Shown here: in pieces, positions 30,809 through 39,735 of the stretch
Layout of the letters: every line of letters begins with the position of its first letter
Position numbering within the stretch: position 1 is the first letter of the stretch
Notes under the pieces: model-generated
Seen by the model: the letters and a program-made list of their open reading frames with translations, nothing else
Told to the model about the DNA's origin: nothing
Databases searched by the model: none
Origin: an uncultured Clostridia bacterium
Lineage (GTDB): Bacteria; Bacillota; Clostridia; TANB77; CAG-508
Length of the DNA: 50,603 bases
Reading direction: 5' to 3'
Assembly: GCA_944389395.1 (NCBI GenBank)
Contig: CALXME010000004.1
Location: 1-50,603 of the forward strand
Translations under genes and position numbers: made by a program

Positions 30809-32776
30809 TTATTTTCCTTCTTCTTCTTTTCTTTGTCTCATTTCCATTAATTTATTAACATTTGTTTCTACAAACTCAAATTCTTTTGCAGTAGGCGTAA
30901 TTTGAAGAATTGCCGTATCTGAACCAACTTTTAGTAAGCCTTCTCCTCTTGAACAAGTAACCAAAAATCCAGCTTCCCCTTCACTTAATTTAAACACCTC
31001 TTTTAAATATTCAATTTCGGATTTATCTTGCGCTAAAAACAACTTTGTATCTGAAGATGTAAGAACAGCTTGCGCTTCTGCTTTTTCATAAAAATCTTGA
31101 AATCTTTGTGAAATAATAGCCAAAGATACATTTCTCTTTCTAGCACGTCTAGCCATCGTATTTAAGAAATCTACTGCTTCTGGATATGGTAATAACATCC
31201 ATGCCTCATCCACAATTACCCTTTTTTTGCTTGCTCTTGTTCTATCTTCACTATTTTTCTTAACATATTTTTCCCATATCCAAGAAAGTAATATTTGTTG
31301 AGCCAATGGTCTTGCAAATCTTTCTTCCAATTGAGAAATATCCAAATTAATAAAAGGTGCTCCTTCTAATAACTCAAAAGTAGATTGTCCATCAAAATAT
31401 GCCATTTGACCATTATATTCTCTTATGTATTGCTTCATAACTTTTAATAAATAGCTATAATGAGAAGCATAATCTGGATTTGTATTCTCTGCTGCTTTTT
31501 GTTGCATTCTTTTATACCAACTACCAATGGTTGGCATTTCCTTTTTCTCATTATATAATTTATCACCTTTTTGTAACTCTCTACCTGGTTTATACAAACT
31601 ACTTGGAGAATTGGTAATACCAATAGCCGCATATTCTTCTGCAACAGCTTCTGCAATTAATTGTTTTGTAAGTTCATTTACTTCTTCACTTCTTGTACTA
31701 CCTCTTGCCATAGTAAGTAAAGCCTGTGTTACGTCCTCTACTTTATTTTCTACATTTAATACTAATCTTTCTCTTCCTGTAATTTCATCTTTTACTTTTT
31801 CTGTTTCCAAATCAAATAAATTAATAATTGTAGGTGAATTTGGACTTAACACTACATTAATTCCACCTAAACTCTCTGCCACAATAGTATACTCACCTTC
31901 AGCATCTAATGCTAAACTTTCTATTCCCATCAATACAGAAGATCTTGAAATTAAAGTTTTCATCGTAACAGATTTACCAGCTCCTGATTTAGCAAATATA
32001 ACCATGTTATAATTGGTTAAAGAAGGATGAAAATTATCAAACAAAATTGGTGTTCCTGTTTGCTTATTAAATCCTAATGGTACTCCTGTACTATGTCCTA
32101 CCTCTGACATGGTAAATGGAAATACAGTTCCCATAGAACGACTATCAAAAGAATGCGTCTTTTTTAATTGGTCTTGCATTAATGGCAAATTAGATTTAAA
32201 AGACTCTTCTTGCATTGCCCATGCATTTTTTACTTCTACCAATGTTTTTGCCATTTCTGTAGATAACATTTTTGTTAATCTATCTAACTCTTCTAGATTA
32301 TAAGAAAATAAAGTAGAAATAACAGAAGCATCATACATTTTATTAAATCCTGCTGCTATTTCATCTCTCAATTGTTCTGCTTCATATCTTTTTTGTGCCA
32401 AAGTTCTCTCTCTGTTGATATTTCCTTTATCTGCTGCCACAATTCTTTCTGTTTCTAACTCATTAATGGTTTTATTTAATTCGCTTTGAGATATAGACTC
32501 TGGAATAGGTGTAATATAAATGCTAGTATTAATATCTCCAAAAAAGTACAAATCCCTAAATAAAGATGGGAAATTACACATACGTGGAAGACCTGATACG
32601 AAAAAACTTCTAGCATATCTTTTCGTATTAGAAATTAACTCTAGCCTATCCGTATGGGAAGCATCAATTCCAGCAGGAGCAATCAATTCTTTAATCGTCT
32701 TTTTCTTTAACATTCCCAATCTATTTTCTTGAGGTACTTGTTTTTGTACTTCCGCTTGTTTATTTTTCTTTTTCAT
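30809..32776 (-). CDS. virB4: VirB4-like type IV secretion/conjugation ATPase
   Basis: Walker A AKSGAGKS, DAEGEY, INLFD, Walker B IVDEAW, ARRARKRN, SQ and GEGLL. Confidence 0.88.
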   Translation of the reverse strand: MKKKNKQAEVQKQVPQENRLGMLKKKTIKELIAPAGIDASHTDRLELISNTKRYARSFFVSGLPRMCNFPSLFRDLYFFGDINTSIYITPIPESISQSELNKTINELETERIVAADKGNINRERTLAQKRYEAEQLRDEIAAGFNKMYDASVISTLFSYNLEELDRLTKMLSTEMAKTLVEVKNAWAMQEESFKSNLPLMQDQLKKTHSFDSRSMGTVFPFTMSEVGHSTGVPLGFNKQTGTPILFDNFHPSLTNYNMVIFAKSGAGKSVTMKTLISRSSVLMGIESLALDAEGEYTIVAESLGGINVVLSPNSPTIINLFDLETEKVKDEITGRERLVLNVENKVEDVTQALLTMARGSTRSEEVNELTKQLIAEAVAEEYAAIGITNSPSSLYKPGRELQKGDKLYNEKKEMPTIGSWYKRMQQKAAENTNPDYASHYSYLLKVMKQYIREYNGQMAYFDGQSTFELLEGAPFINLDISQLEERFARPLAQQILLSWIWEKYVKKNSEDRTRASKKRVIVDEAWMLLPYPEAVDFLNTMARRARKRNVSLAIISQRFQDFYEKAEAQAVLTSSDTKLFLAQDKSEIEYLKEVFKLSEGEAGFLVTCSRGEGLLKVGSDTAILQITPTAKEFEFVETNVNKLMEMRQRKEEEGK

Positions 32777-34011
32777 GCTTTACTTCCCTCCTTTTTAGTT
32801 CTCCTTGTTCTTGTCGTTTTAGTTTTCTTTTCTTGTTCTTTTTTCTCTTCCTCTTCTAATTGTTTTTCTAATTCCCTAATAGCTTCTTGTGCCACTTCAT
32901 CTCCAATATAATCTTTATTTTCTTCTAATATCAATTTAGCCATTTGTTGTACCAAATCATCTTTCTCTTCTTCTTTCTTTTCTGCCATTTTTTGTAGTTT
33001 TGATTTTGCCTTTTCAATATTTTGATTTGCTAAGTCAATAGCTTCATCTTGAATTTGTTTATCTAGTAATTGTAATTTTTTCTCAAATACATCTGTAGAA
33101 ACACTATACATTTCCATTAATCCTGCTCTAATTTCTTTTTCTAAATTATAGGTTTCTGCTTCATCTCTGTTATAAGCCATATATAATAATTCTGCTAATT
33201 CTAAAGAATTTAATATTCTACCTGTAACAGAACAAGATGAAAGTGTTCTAATCAAAGATTGTGCTTTCGTATATAATTCAGAAAAGGCCATTCCTCTTAC
33301 TTCATCTTTATCATAATTGTTATTTCCTAATTCGTCTGCCGAATACGCTATAACAACATAATATTTTTTATTTAAAACATTTCTATTTTTACTCATCTTT
33401 TCTGTATTTCGAATAATATCAATTCCATAATCCAATAAATTCTTTTGCCTTGTAATTTCTAACTCTACTTTTTGAATTTGCTCATCAGAATAATAATCAG
33501 CTTCTTTCATTTTCTTCAATTGATATTCCAAATCTTTATATTTATTTTCTATTTCTTTTACTCTAGCTTTATAAGTTTCGATACTACTTTCCAAATTAAC
33601 AGTTCTAGTTTGGATATAAATTTGTATTGGATGCCTTAATGTATTTAAAAATTGTTGAAATCCTTCTTCTACAGAAACCTTTTCTACATTAGACATCAAA
33701 TCATAATTAACACCCTGGCATTCTACTACCATAATAAACCTTCTACCATTTTTTTGTTCTATCATATTATCGATAATATCATCAAATTCCATAAAATCAA
33801 AAATAGATTGTTTTCCATACTCTGCAGTAGTTTGTTTGGTTTTATCTTTTGTCGTATCTGAAATTTCTTCAGATTTTGCTTGTGGTACCTTTTTTTCTTT
33901 TTTATTTGCTTTACTTCTTAGAACAAAATAAACCACCAATAATATTGCTAATATCACTATCATGAATGCTAATACTACTGAAAGCATTGTTGTTAATGTA
34001 TTATTTTCCAT
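32773..34011 (-). CDS. Membrane-anchored hypothetical protein preceding VirB4 (T4SS-associated)
   Basis: N-terminal TM, then G.NYDLMS..E...F..FLNTLRHPIQIYIQTR, coiled coil and KKYYVVI. Overlaps both neighbours. Confidence 0.7.
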   Translation of the reverse strand: MENNTLTTMLSVVLAFMIVILAILLVVYFVLRSKANKKEKKVPQAKSEEISDTTKDKTKQTTAEYGKQSIFDFMEFDDIIDNMIEQKNGRRFIMVVECQGVNYDLMSNVEKVSVEEGFQQFLNTLRHPIQIYIQTRTVNLESSIETYKARVKEIENKYKDLEYQLKKMKEADYYSDEQIQKVELEITRQKNLLDYGIDIIRNTEKMSKNRNVLNKKYYVVIAYSADELGNNNYDKDEVRGMAFSELYTKAQSLIRTLSSCSVTGRILNSLELAELLYMAYNRDEAETYNLEKEIRAGLMEMYSVSTDVFEKKLQLLDKQIQDEAIDLANQNIEKAKSKLQKMAEKKEEEKDDLVQQMAKLILEENKDYIGDEVAQEAIRELEKQLEEEEKKEQEKKTKTTRTRRTKKEGSKA

Positions 34012-34378
34012 TTTTCTTGCCTCCTTCTACTTCTTTTGTTGTTTTTGTTGCCTCTTTGGTATAAACATAATATTTGTTTTTATTTCTTTTAAACATAATA
34101 GCTCTTTTTATAACTTCATCTATTTGTTCTCCTGCCGCCAACCTAGCATCTTTTAAAAATGGCAAATCTGGCATTTTAAAGGTTGCAATTCCAAAACCTA
34201 TAAAACCAAATACACCTATAAAGATATAACCTAATATATCTAATCCTATTAAAGAGAATATAAAATTAAAAACAGCTCCTATTAATATTCCTACTCCTGT
34301 ATATGCTATTGCTTTATATGAGAATATGTATAATATTCTTCCTTCTCCTTTTACATTTCTAGGTATGTTATAACTCAT
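34001..34378 (-). CDS. PrgI/VirB3-like small membrane protein
   Basis: Starts MSYNIPRNVKGEGRIL, then two TM helices and a basic tail. Lies upstream of VirB4. Confidence 0.7.
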   Translation of the reverse strand: MSYNIPRNVKGEGRILYIFSYKAIAYTGVGILIGAVFNFIFSLIGLDILGYIFIGVFGFIGFGIATFKMPDLPFLKDARLAAGEQIDEVIKRAIMFKRNKNKYYVYTKEATKTTKEVEGGKKNGK

Positions 34379-34418
34379 ATTTTACCTCCTAAAAATAATC
34401 TATTTTTCCTTATATTTT

Positions 34419-34458
34419 ATTATAACAAAAAAATGCAAAAATTGTAACATTTTTGCAT
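34419..34458 (-). promoter_or_regulatory. Sigma-A-like promoter with overlapping 10-bp inverted repeat
   Basis: TTACAA-17-TATAAT with extended TG. atgcaaaaat-N6-atttttgcat at 34433-34458. Confidence 0.55.
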
Positions 34459-34550
34459 AAAAAACATAATTTTAATGGTTTTGTAATATCTTTGTAAAAA
34501 AATAAAAGAACAATTTATTACAAATCGTTCTTTTATGTCCACTTTTTTTA

Positions 34551-34916
34551 TTATGTCCAAGATTGTCCTGCCATATTGAAGATAACAGTACAAATTGCAC
34601 CAGCCCCAAATACGAACAAGGCACCAATAAAATATGGAAGTAATGTTTTCTTATATTCTGCTTTTTCTTCTGCACTACCCATCATATATTTAACACCTAA
34701 TACAATTAAGATAATAACTGCAAGAATAGATGCTCCCATAGACACAATACCTAATATATTTTGTCCAAAGTTTTGAACTTGTGTTGTAGCTGTTCCTGTA
34801 CTTGCTTCAAATTTACTAGGATCAAATCCTGTTTGAGCTGCAAGAGATAATGTTGAACTCATCATTCCTGATATAGTAATACCAAACATTGTTAAATTTC
34901 TCCATAATTTTTTCAT
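34551..34916 (-). CDS. VirB2/TrbC-like pilin
   Basis: Signal peptide, then two hydrophobic helices joined by GVKYMMGSAEEKAEYKKTLLPYFIGA. Confidence 0.8.
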   Translation of the reverse strand: MKKLWRNLTMFGITISGMMSSTLSLAAQTGFDPSKFEASTGTATTQVQNFGQNILGIVSMGASILAVIILIVLGVKYMMGSAEEKAEYKKTLLPYFIGALFVFGAGAICTVIFNMAGQSWT

Positions 34917-35050
34917 ATTCTTCTCCTCCTATATTTCAAATTATATTAATTTCCTGTTGGAATATTAAAAACAATCTATCATATATATTATAACATTAAA
35001 AAACAACATTTGCAACATTTTCATAAATTTGTCATATTTTTGACATAAAA

Positions 35051-35440
35051 TCATGTTATATTTATCATTACTTCATATACCACTTTTAATAAATTCGTAA
35101 TACCAAACACCATCATAGCACCTATAAAATACGGTAATAATGTTTTCTTATATTCAGCCTTTTCTTCTACACTTCCCGTCATATATTTAACTCCTAAAAC
35201 AATTAGACATATAACAGCAGCTAATGAACCAACTAACTGAACTACACCAAGAATAATACCTACTTTATCTTGAAAAATATCCGAATTTCCACTTAATTCA
35301 CCGTATTGTTCTAAATTTCCCAAAGAAGCACTTACGTCAAAAGCTAGACAAACATTAGGTATGAATAAAAAAATTATTAATATAATTCCACATATACTTG
35401 TCCATAATTTTTTATTAATCATTTTCATCACCCATTCCAT
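35051..35440 (-). CDS. VirB2/TrbC-like pilin
   Basis: Signal peptide and GVKYMTGSVEEKAEYKKTLLPYFIGA. Confidence 0.8.
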   Translation of the reverse strand: MEWVMKMINKKLWTSICGIILIIFLFIPNVCLAFDVSASLGNLEQYGELSGNSDIFQDKVGIILGVVQLVGSLAAVICLIVLGVKYMTGSVEEKAEYKKTLLPYFIGAMMVFGITNLLKVVYEVMINIT

Positions 35441-35445
35441 CTAAT

Positions 35446-35913
35446 TTATATACTAGCTAACAAAGTCACTGCAATCTTCCAAATTCCTAATGCACCATAT
35501 ATAGAAGCACATCCAATAACATAAGGTAATAACATCTTTTTATATTCTGCCTTTTGTTCTGTACTTCCTATCATATATTTTATACCCAAAACAACCCCCA
35601 CTACGATTGTTACAGCTGTAGCTGCAATTAATAAAACACTGAATAAATTGCTTGAAAAATCTTGTAATTTTCCTTGATCTAATTCAAAAGTTGTTGAGGA
35701 ATCCGACCCTATGGTTGCACCTTTCTCACTTTCAAATTTTTCTGCATCATTAATCATATCATCTAACCCTTCTTTTGCAGTACCATCTTGCATAGTTGGT
35801 TCTCTATAAATAGGATCTTTTGCATTTGAAGTAGTAGGTATCATAAATATTAAGGTTACCATTAAAGAAAAAATTAAGATTATTATTATTTTTCTCTTTT
35901 TCATTTTCATCAC
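35446..35913 (-). CDS. VirB2/TrbC-like pilin
   Basis: Signal peptide and GIKYMIGSTEQKAEYKKMLLPYVIG. Confidence 0.78.
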   Translation of the reverse strand: MMKMKKRKIIIILIFSLMVTLIFMIPTTSNAKDPIYREPTMQDGTAKEGLDDMINDAEKFESEKGATIGSDSSTTFELDQGKLQDFSSNLFSVLLIAATAVTIVVGVVLGIKYMIGSTEQKAEYKKMLLPYVIGCASIYGALGIWKIAVTLLASI

Positions 35914-36046
35914 CTTTACCCCTATTATTTTAATTATAGCTTAATTTTCAACTTTTTTCAACTATTTTCCTCATTAATTTTTCGCAAAAAAAAAATAATA
36001 TAAAGCAAAATTTACTTCATATCATTTTATAAAAGATTTTATTAAA

Positions 36047-36575
36047 TTAATTATTTTCCAAATTTTCTTGAACTTCCTTTTGAAATTCAAGAAAAAATTT
36101 CTTTATATCTTCCCAATTATACGTGACAAAAGTATTAGGCAATATTTCATCTTCTGCATCTTCAAAATAACTTAATCCCATAATTATATTTAAATAGTTT
36201 ACATTATCTCCACACTTTTGCATTAATCCATTTACTAATTCGCTTGTAGCTATATTGCATTTTTCTATAATATTATATAAATCAAAAAAATCTTTTTTTG
36301 CTCCTCTTCCACCTATTGCAACTATTTTCATTACTGCAATATCTAAAATACTTGCAAGCTTTAAATTTGGCATTTCCTATACTTTCTAATTCATTTAATA
36401 ATACTTCATTATTAAACTCTCTTTGCACGCAAAAATCAAAATCATAAGACTCTCTTAATCCTAACTGTAATGATAAAGCAGTTCCGCCTATCATATAATA
36501 ATCATCTATACTAACTACTTCCGATATTTTCTTTAATAATTTATATCTACTTTTATCAAATATATTCCAATACAT
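36047..36575 (-). pseudogene. AbiEii/AbiGii-family nucleotidyltransferase toxin, disrupted (two frames, probable internal deletion)
   Basis: The N-terminal part has GGTALSLQLGLRESYDFDF. The C-terminal part, in another frame, has DIAVMKIVAIGGRGAKKDFFDLY. The junction is at ~36375. Confidence 0.75.
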
Positions 36576-36871
36576 TAGCTATTCACTCTCCAATATTCAT
36601 AATTCATGCCTTGTACCCATCTATAATACGCCATTTCTTCTTTTCTCAAATTAAATTGTTGCCTTAAATAATTTGCAACTAACGGCTTTAAATCTCTACT
36701 TTTTATTGCTACTTCTTTTATATCTTCTTTGCTATATGTTTCTTTTATCCATTTTATTGCTTTTAAATCCCCATAACAATATAGTCTTGATATTATATAT
36801 CTTTTATTTTTTCTTATATCTAATTCCTCAAATTTAGTATCCCAAAAATACTTTTTTAATTTCTCTGGCAT
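36575..36871 (-). CDS. DUF6922-like putative antitoxin
   Basis: Motifs LKKYFWD..F..LD...KRYIISRL..YGD..AIKW. Stop/start coupled to the nucleotidyltransferase. Confidence 0.7.
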   Translation of the reverse strand: MPEKLKKYFWDTKFEELDIRKNKRYIISRLYCYGDLKAIKWIKETYSKEDIKEVAIKSRDLKPLVANYLRQQFNLRKEEMAYYRWVQGMNYEYWRVNS

Positions 36872-36980
36872 TATTACACCTCTTACCTCTTTTTTTATAC
36901 TTGTATATTATATCAAAATCAAATTTATTTTACAATAAATATCTTAATTTTCAAATCACGATATTTTAACGATATAAATT

Positions 36981-37010
36981 TCATCTTAACTCATCTTAAC
37001 TCATCTTAAC
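36981..37010. repeat. Tandem repeat (tcatcttaac) x3
   Basis: Three perfect 10-bp copies. Confidence 0.9.
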
Positions 37011-37051
37011 TTTATGTATGAAAAAAGTTTAACTTTTTAATTCAGTCAAAA

Positions 37052-37089
37052 AAAAATAATATAAAGTATCAATGCTTTATATTATTTTT
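37052..37089 (-). terminator. Terminator hairpin after the tRNA-Ser genes
   Basis: aaaaataatataaag-N8-ctttatattattttt. Confidence 0.7.
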
Positions 37090-37178
37090 GGCGGAGATGA
37101 GAGGGTTCGAACCTCCGCGCCCCTTTCGGGACCTAACTGTTTAGCAAACAGTCCCCTTCACCACTTGGGTACATCTCC
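37089..37178 (-). tRNA. tRNA-Ser (GCT)
   Basis: GGAGATG...anticodon arm CTGT-TTGCTAA-ACAG, long variable arm, GGTTCGAAC T-loop, encoded CCA. Confidence 0.95.
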
Positions 37179-37233
37179 ATTTTATAAATGAAAAGTTAGA
37201 TATTTATATATTTATATCTAACCCTTCATTGTT

Positions 37234-37325
<92 letters not shown>

Positions 37326-37400
37326 GTATCTTAACGACAGTATTTATATTAGCATATTTCACTGTCGCCTGTCAATACATTTTAACCATTTTTCAAAGTT

Positions 37401-37916
37401 TTATTCCAATTTTATAATTTTATCAGAATTAACAGCCTTTTCAATAGCTTGTTTTTCTTCTTCTGAAATAGTATAAGAGGAAACACCATCTTTTACTGGT
37501 TTTGCATAAATATTAGACATTTCTCTAGAATAAATTCCATTTAATACAACCCCATTATTTTTATCATCTAATAATGCTAAAGCAAAACTCAAATCGCTAC
37601 CAGTATCTTTAAAAGCATTATATCTAACAATTCCAACTTTTTGTATACATTTTGCTAAATCTTCTTCTAAATTTTTTATTCCTAATAATATTTCTGAATT
37701 TTGTTTTTCGACTTTTTCAACACGATACATATAAGTTTCTAAATCTTCATAGATATCTTTTCCATTTCCAAGCTTTTTCAAAAAAGTGTTATATTTTTTT
37801 TGAATATTAGATAACTTAATAATTAACACAAAAAAACCTATTATTAATATAATTCCAACAATAGCTGTTATAATAAGAAAAGTATCTGTTTTCAAAAATT
37901 CCATAATTTCTTGCAT
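37401..37916 (-). CDS. DUF4446-family membrane-anchored protein
   Basis: N-terminal TM and QKVGIVRYNAF.D.GSDLSFALALLD..NGVVL..IYSRE..YAKP. Typical position after parB. Confidence 0.85.
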   Translation of the reverse strand: MQEIMEFLKTDTFLIITAIVGIILIIGFFVLIIKLSNIQKKYNTFLKKLGNGKDIYEDLETYMYRVEKVEKQNSEILLGIKNLEEDLAKCIQKVGIVRYNAFKDTGSDLSFALALLDDKNNGVVLNGIYSREMSNIYAKPVKDGVSSYTISEEEKQAIEKAVNSDKIIKLE

Positions 37917-37933
37917 ATTCTCATCTCTTTCCT

Positions 37934-38773
37934 TTATTTAATTAAATCTAAAATTCTAGCCAAGTCATCATTAGAAGTATATTCGATTACAATTTTACCT
38001 CTTCTTTTTCCAGGGTCAATTCTAACTTTTGAACCAAAAAATCCTTGAAATGTTTCTTCTATATTTTTATATAAAATATGATTTCTTTGTTGTTGCTCTT
38101 TTGTTTCTTTTATTTGTGCCTTTTTTTCTAACTGTCTTACTGTTTGTCCTCTTTCTTGTAATTGAATTGCTGTCATATATTGTTTTTCAGGGTCTGTTAT
38201 TGCAAGTAATGCTTTACATTGTCCTTCTGATATTTTTCCGTTTTTTGCCATTTCTAAAACTCTTGGTTCTAAATTTAATACTCTTATCCAGTTAGCAATT
38301 GTACTTCTTCCTTTTCCTAGTTTTTTTGCTACATCTTCTTGGGACATTCCGTAATTATCAATTAGAGTTTTGATTCCTAATGCTTTTTCGTAAGGATTTA
38401 AGTCTTCTCTTTGCATGTTTTCTATTAAAGAAATTTCTGAATTTATTTTTTCATTATCTTCTCTAATAATAACAGGGATTTCTGTTAAACCTGCAATTTT
38501 AGAAGCTCTCCATCTTCTTTCTCCTGCAATTATACTATAATATCCTTCTTTTTTAGTAACAACTATTGGTTGAATTAAACCATATTCTTTTATAGATTGT
38601 GCTAGTTCTTCTAATGCTTCTTGGTCAAAGTTTTTCCTTGGTTGTTCTCTATTTGGTTCTATATCTACTACTTTTAAATTTTTTAATGTGTCATTTTCGT
38701 GTAATTGTTCTTCTTCTGGAGCAGGCCCAAATAAAGCATCTAAACCTTTTCCTAATCCTGTCATTTTTGCCAT
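37934..38773 (-). CDS. parB: ParB/Spo0J partition protein
   Basis: Motifs GLGKGLDALF, PNREQPRKNF, GLIQPIVV, IIAGERRWRA and ENMQREDLN. Confidence 0.95.
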   Translation of the reverse strand: MAKMTGLGKGLDALFGPAPEEEQLHENDTLKNLKVVDIEPNREQPRKNFDQEALEELAQSIKEYGLIQPIVVTKKEGYYSIIAGERRWRASKIAGLTEIPVIIREDNEKINSEISLIENMQREDLNPYEKALGIKTLIDNYGMSQEDVAKKLGKGRSTIANWIRVLNLEPRVLEMAKNGKISEGQCKALLAITDPEKQYMTAIQLQERGQTVRQLEKKAQIKETKEQQQRNHILYKNIEETFQGFFGSKVRIDPGKRRGKIVIEYTSNDDLARILDLIK

Positions 38774-38797
38774 TAAAAATCTCCTCCTTTATTTTAT

Positions 38798-39589
38798 CTA
38801 ATCCATCATATGTTTTGCTTTTTTCTCTTCTTCATTTATTTTTAAGAATTCCTTTGCAAATTTCATATAGCTTTTTGCACCTTTTGAACGTGGGTCATAT
38901 TCTGTAATTGGCATTCCATAACTTGGTGCTTCACTTAATCTTACATTTCTTGGTATAACTGTTTTATAAACTTTGTTATCAAAATATTTTTTTACTTCTT
39001 TTACAACTTGATTAGATAAATTAGTTCTCATGTCATACATTGTAAGTAGAGCACCTTCTATTTGTATATTTTTATTAAGATGCTTTTTTACTAAATTTAT
39101 TGTATTTAATAATTGTCCTAATCCTTCTAATGCATAATATTCACATTGCACGGGTATTAAAACACTATCAGAAGCAGTAAATGCATTTAAAGTAATTAAT
39201 CCTAAAGATGGTGGACAATCTATTAAAATATAATCAAATTTTTCTTTTATATCTTCTAATTTTTCTTTTAATCTTTGCTCTCTTGACATCATTGATACAA
39301 GTTCTACTTCTGCTCCAGCCAAATTTATATTTGATGGACAAACTTTTAGGTTTTTTATAGCTGTGTCTTGTAAAGATTGTTCTATTGTTGCATCATTTGC
39401 TAAAATGTCATAAGTTGAAACTTCTATTTCTTTTTCAACTCCTAATCCACTTGTTGCGTTTCCTTGAGGGTCTGCATCTATTAAAAGAACTTTTTTCCCT
39501 TTTTTAGCTAAAATGGTGCATAAATTAATTGTTGTTGTTGTTTTTCCTACTCCACCTTTTTGATTTGCAACTGATATTACTTTTCCCAA
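38798..39589 (-). CDS. parA: ParA/Soj ATPase
   Basis: Motifs NQKGGVGKTT, DADPQGNAT, DCPPSLG and IPRNVRLSEAPSYG. The true start is TTG 39589 after GGAGG. Confidence 0.95.
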   Translation of the reverse strand: MGKVISVANQKGGVGKTTTTINLCTILAKKGKKVLLIDADPQGNATSGLGVEKEIEVSTYDILANDATIEQSLQDTAIKNLKVCPSNINLAGAEVELVSMMSREQRLKEKLEDIKEKFDYILIDCPPSLGLITLNAFTASDSVLIPVQCEYYALEGLGQLLNTINLVKKHLNKNIQIEGALLTMYDMRTNLSNQVVKEVKKYFDNKVYKTVIPRNVRLSEAPSYGMPITEYDPRSKGAKSYMKFAKEFLKINEEEKKAKHMMD

Positions 39590-39735
39590 TTTTTTGCCTC
39601 CTATTTTTAGTTTATATTTACTGATAAGTTTCTTTTTGTTTCTATATTTATCATATATAAATATGGACAAAAAGTCAATAAAAAAGAAGAAAAAAATCAA
39701 ACTTTTTTCTTCTTTTCATCTCTTTTATAAAAGGG

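Noticed and set aside
36360..36390. A third CGG-type programmed frameshift in the AbiEii-like gene
   Set aside because: There is no CGG at the junction and sequence appears to be missing, which fits a deletion better.
16834..37178. Intact ICE or prophage integrated at tRNA-Ser
   Set aside because: No integrase, excisionase, relaxase or phage structural genes, and I saw no duplicate of the tRNA 3' end at the left boundary.
39590..39700. N-terminal extension of ParA in the ORF track
   Set aside because: Low-complexity sequence upstream of a GGAGG RBS and TTG start at 39589.
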